IMG/VR virus record: IMGVR_UViG_3300030395_000938
Location: 1-25,715 of that record
DNA: 25,715 bases
Origin: a virus
Lineage: Duplodnaviria > Caudoviricetes
Strand: one strand, 5' to 3'
The position numbers and the translations under genes were made by a program. This document shows positions 24,385 through 25,715 of this stretch, piece by piece (the first letter of the stretch is position 1; every line of letters starts with the position of its first letter). The notes under the pieces were generated by a model, which ran no database searches, was not told the origin of the DNA, and was given only the letters and a program-made list of their open reading frames with translations.

Positions 24385-25263
24385 ATGAACAAACAATGGC
24401 ACCCAGCACCACGGGGGATGATTGACGACGAACTTATGCGGGTGTGGACCCGTGAGAACCCGGCGCCGGACTTGGTTGTCCATATGGTGCTATGCAGTCG
24501 CATCCATAGCGGGGCGCCTTGGGGGAAGTCGAAGTTGTGCAAGTGGTCGGGGTTGACCGACTACAAGGCACGCCAAGCCATAAAACGCGCGGAACAGTGG
24601 ATGGAAGCGTGGAATAGTGAAATCAACCGAGTCACGAACCACCCTAACGCCTACCAGTCTTCAACAATGGCGGGAACTTACGAGGACGAATCAACCGGAA
24701 AAATCCAAAAAAATTCGACTTTCAACCCCTCGCGCGCGCGATCATTATCTTCTACAGGTACACATACACCTACAAACAATATGATAGATGTCGAAACAAG
24801 TTCCGACACCAACACAATTCCTGACGGTTTCGAGGGAAGCCCTGAGTCTGTCCTGTCTCAGGGTTCAACCGATGGTCAGGCCCCACCGGGCGGCAACCCG
24901 GGTCCATCACCGCGCAAAGGGGCCACCCGTGGAAAGAACATCGGAACGAAAGCAACCCGTGAATTGTGGCAAGCGCTGAACGATAAGCGCCAACAGTTCA
25001 AGCAGGGCGCGCCGCCGTTGATTTTGACACCCGGCATCAACACAGCGCTCAAGAAAGCGTTGGGCTATGCGAAACCGGATCAAATTCTCAACGCATATGA
25101 TTGGTTCAATCACGCAAAAGAAGCGCGTTGGTGGCAAGAACGAAGTTGCGATCTGCAAGTGTTTTGCAGACAGAAGCACCTGGAAAACTTCATTAATAGT
25201 TCAATGGGCTGGACTATAGAGAAAGAGAAACACCAACAAGAAATCGACGATCTGCCATTCTAA
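24385..25263 (+). CDS. Putative replication initiator
   Basis: N-terminal HTH-like segment, low-complexity linker, helical C-terminal domain; followed by a loader-like gene; ends DDLPF. Confidence 0.55.
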   Translation: MNKQWHPAPRGMIDDELMRVWTRENPAPDLVVHMVLCSRIHSGAPWGKSKLCKWSGLTDYKARQAIKRAEQWMEAWNSEINRVTNHPNAYQSSTMAGTYEDESTGKIQKNSTFNPSRARSLSSTGTHTPTNNMIDVETSSDTNTIPDGFEGSPESVLSQGSTDGQAPPGGNPGPSPRKGATRGKNIGTKATRELWQALNDKRQQFKQGAPPLILTPGINTALKKALGYAKPDQILNAYDWFNHAKEARWWQERSCDLQVFCRQKHLENFINSSMGWTIEKEKHQQEIDDLPF

Positions 25264-25273
25264 GGAGGGAACC

Positions 25274-25715
25274 ATGGCAACAAAGCAGAAGATTGAACGC
25301 GTACTAACGGCCATGGGTCGCAACTTCGGGAAGCCGGACGATTGGGCTGGAGGTAGCTTCGGCGTATGGTGGCAAGCGCTGAAGAACGAAAGAGACGAAG
25401 ACATACACCGGACAACCGAGGCCGTGATGCGTGAGAAGCGCAGAATGCCTACTGTCGCCGCGTTCCGTGAGATGTTGAGGGGTGACCCCTTGACCAAGCC
25501 ACAGGAGGCGCCACAAGGCTGCTCAGCGTGCGGTGGTAGCGGTTGGCGTGAGGTGTCATGGCATCGGCACGAGCACGGGCGGCTTCTTGTTACGTCGTAC
25601 GCTGCCGGGTGTGACTGTCCCAAGGGTCACAAGCTTTGCAACGGGGCTGCGCGTCACTGGGCTGACGTGGTTCGGGACTATGAGAACGACCCCAGGACAG
25701 AGGCCGTCTACCATA
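25274..25715 (+). CDS. Helicase loader/inhibitor-like protein (G39P/lambda P position) with Zn finger; 3' truncated (absent from ORF track)
   Basis: AAGGAGG RBS; MATKQKIERV ... WWQAL ... RMPTVAAF ... CSACGGSGW ... CDC; frame open to the window end. Confidence 0.6.
   Translation, partial: MATKQKIERVLTAMGRNFGKPDDWAGGSFGVWWQALKNERDEDIHRTTEAVMREKRRMPTVAAFREMLRGDPLTKPQEAPQGCSACGGSGWREVSWHRHEHGRLLVTSYAAGCDCPKGHKLCNGAARHWADVVRDYENDPRTEAVYH

Overview
About 25.7 kb of a tailed dsDNA bacteriophage (siphovirus-type). The + strand late region (1-18285) runs: MuF-domain head protein (5' truncated), HK97-type prohead protease, major capsid protein, two small paralogous Lys-tailed proteins, head-tail joining genes, tail tube, tail assembly chaperone with a probable frameshift extension, tape measure, tail tip/fibre genes, an Asp-box propeller protein and a lysis cassette with an Amidase_3 endolysin. 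A - strand accessory region (18286-23455) holds many small genes, three winged-helix proteins, a Topo VI-A/Spo11-like (Mini-A-type) protein, a Rad52/Sak-like annealing protein and a low-GC gene. A divergent + strand block (23635-end) encodes an XRE-HTH regulator, RusA, a replication initiator and a partial helicase-loader-like gene. The most unusual non-coding signal is a shared architecture in the two leftward units: twin promoters with an identical 16-nt leader, and small genes separated by a conserved hairpin-plus-RBS spacer whose loop switches between UNCG and GNRA tetraloops. All protein calls come from motif recognition and gene order; no database search was run.
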